From the NCBI GenBank assembly GCA_036795335.1, contig DAIREY010000001.1:1-34228 (forward strand): a stretch of 34,228 bases of DNA, written 5' to 3'. Positions within the stretch are counted from its first letter, which is position 1; the number at the start of each line of letters is the position of its first letter. Positions 32,688-34,228 of this stretch are shown one piece after another. The notes beneath the pieces are model-generated. The model made no database searches. It was not told the origin of the DNA and worked only from the letters and a program-made list of their open reading frames with translations. The DNA comes from Patescibacteria group bacterium (GTDB taxonomy: Bacteria > Patescibacteriota > JAHJAL01). The translations under genes and the position numbers were made by a program.

Positions 32688-32847
32688 AGCATTTTTAAAG
32701 TGGTTCTACTACGAAAAAAATTTTGTGTCTTGAATGGTAACTTGTTAAATCAAGTTTTGGTCCCCAATTCGCGGCAAACTTATGTAGTAGAACTTCTTTT
32801 AAAAATGTTATTTTTGATAAAATTACTTGAGAAGAAGTAATTTTTTT
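32688..32847 (+). ncRNA. Candidate structured small RNA (about 160 nt) of unknown family
   Basis: The predicted TSS coincides with the 5-prime arm of a long closing helix: 32690..32699 catttttaaa pairs with 32798..32807, and 32704..32712 ttctactac pairs with 32784..32792. A second hairpin at 32819..32844 is followed by a T-run. No ORF longer than 9 codons. Confidence 0.45.
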
Positions 32848-33069
32848 GTCGGCAATTTTCGTTTTTTATTGTTCTTTCTTGCAGACGTTAAAAATTATAT
32901 ATCAACCATTATGCAGTTGTCAACAAGATTGTCATGTGAATACCAAAATTGAATTAATAATGAAGTTAATCTAATCATATTTTTGAAAATATTTGTTTAA
33001 AAAATATATTTTGACAAAAACTTTGACATATTTGGATAAGAATAATTTAATGGATTATTGACGATATTA

Positions 33070-33140
33070 TTATGATTTATTTGAAATTTGAAATTTCTTG
33101 CGATTAAATTGATTATTGAATATTGATCCTTGCATATTGT
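33070..33140 (-). repeat. Mosaic intergenic repeat block D (heptad modules only)
   Basis: 33120..33139 is the exact reverse complement of 292..311 (20 nt). 33092..33111 is the exact reverse complement of 373..392 (20 nt). Confidence 0.85.
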
Positions 33141-33156
33141 CTTTTGTTTTTCACCG

Positions 33157-33186
33157 TTGACAATGTCAGATTTAACATGATACAAT
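33157..33186 (+). promoter_or_regulatory. Sigma70-like promoter of the 33256 gene
   Basis: TTGACA (33157..33162), 18 nt, TACAAT (33181..33186). Followed by palindromes tgaaatttca and tgcctaattaggca in the leader. Confidence 0.55.
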
Positions 33187-33255
33187 AATGTGAAATTTCA
33201 TTTCATGCCTAATTAGGCAAAATAAAATATAGAAATAAAAAAACAAATCTTTTAT

Positions 33256-34228
33256 CATGAAAGAGCAACCATCAACCATTAGTCCCACCAATTTTTCTCA
33301 ACTTTCGAAACCGATTGAGGTAAAAACATCTAAAAAAGGTTTTTTTGATCAGATTGGTGATTTCTTTCGTTCTAAGCCGCAGATAAATATTATTTCCACA
33401 AGTCCGAAACCTAGTACATCCGCAAAGATTGTCACCAACGAGCAAAAGGAATCGGAACAAAAATCAAAAAATCATTCTCAAATCACCGATTCGAGCAAAG
33501 CGGATGGTTTTTTTGTTGATAGAAAAAGTGACAACAAACAACAATCTTCATCAGCTGATCAATTGTCTTGGATTGATTCGGAAAAAGAATACGACGGAGA
33601 AATTAACGCGGATAAGCCTTTGTCTTTTTTGTGGATTATTGGCGGAGCAATTACTATTGTGATTATTATTGTGATTGTATTGGGTAGTTTTGGCTTGGTT
33701 AATCTGATCAAGAATCAGATTTCCGAACAAAGTTTGTCTGGATCTCAACAGGCTGCCAAACAGGCATCAGAAATGATAGCTGCCGGTAATTACGATGTTG
33801 CCGACAAAACTCTTCAAGACGCATTATCTGACGAGCCTGATAATTCTCAATTAATTGAATTGCAAAACGAACTGTATGCCACCATCGGTAAGCAATTGAT
33901 CACCGAAAGTCTAAAATTTAAAGATGAAACAACCCTTGCTTCAAATCCGGAAACCACCGCCACCTACCTCGACCCCAAAAATCACTTTCAAGTAGATCAG
34001 CAAACGAGTTGGCAAACCGTTGAAAACAGTAATTATGACATCAAATTGGCCAACAATGGCTCGTTTTATGGAGTAAAAAAATATCCAGAAGTTAGTTCGT
34101 TGTCTGAACTAGAGCAGCAATTCCAAGAACAATATGTCGGACAGAATTTCTCAATTGTTGCCAAAAAGGAAAATACTACTATCGCCGACAGCAATGCCGT
34201 TGTCTATGTGGCCAAAATCGATAATATG
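33256..34228 (+). CDS. Single-pass membrane protein, 3-prime end beyond the window (partial, more than 324 aa); not in the supplied ORF track
   Basis: Hand translation from ATG 33256 stays open to the window end: MKEQPSTISPTNFSQLSKPIEV...LSFLWIIGGAITIVIIIVIVLGSFGLVNLIK...AAGNYDVADKTLQDAL... Confidence 0.75.

Noticed and set aside
32688-32847. Assigning the candidate sRNA to 6S, SRP (4.5S), tmRNA, RNase P or a known riboswitch
   Set aside because: I could not find the diagnostic conserved motifs, for example the SRP GGAA-tetraloop domain IV sequence or tRNA-like ends. It is left as an unknown family.
32997-33185. 62-aa minus-strand ORF, and the 33272..33748 small ORFs
   Set aside because: The first runs through repeat block D and the 33157 promoter. 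The others overlap the clearly better long plus-strand ORF that starts at 33256.
1-34228. Alternative genetic code (UGA recoding, as in some CPR lineages)
   Set aside because: Long ORFs, including uvrB, trpS and both giant genes, are intact under the standard code. TGA ends at least one well-supported gene (471..1247).

Overview
AT-rich bacterial window read with the standard code (TGA is used as a stop). Gene content and style suggest a small-genome Patescibacteria/CPR-like organism, but that is inference only. Clear housekeeping genes are uvrB (12269..14275) and trpS (25298..26650); trpS carries an extra C-terminal tRNA-binding domain. The accessory content is more striking. (1) Two giant paralogous ORFs on the minus strand (2484 aa and 1550 aa) share a long N-terminal module with an embedded class-I SAM-methyltransferase-like fold and a short C-terminal domain. 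Neither has a signal peptide or a family I can name. (2) Small coiled-coil genes with strong Shine-Dalgarno sites cluster around the second giant gene. (3) A mosaic interspersed repeat family sits in four long intergenic blocks (1..430, 21455..21750, 27300..27635, 33070..33140). It is built from 7-nt-periodic GCAAG-anchored modules and TGTCATACCCG...CGGGTATCTCAT hairpin units, with exact 20-25 nt matches between blocks, and one inverted pair brackets about 27 kb. (4) A promoter-to-terminator unit of about 160 nt with no ORF and a long closing stem (32688..32847) is a candidate small RNA. (5) A cell-surface module pairs a GT39/PMT-like glycosyltransferase with two secreted multi-Ig-domain proteins. 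Most units look monocistronic, with near-consensus TTGACA-N17/18-TAnnnT promoters and hairpin terminators. No CRISPR array, tRNA, rRNA, transposase, integrase or reverse transcriptase was seen. All domain calls come from motif reading by eye; no searches were run.
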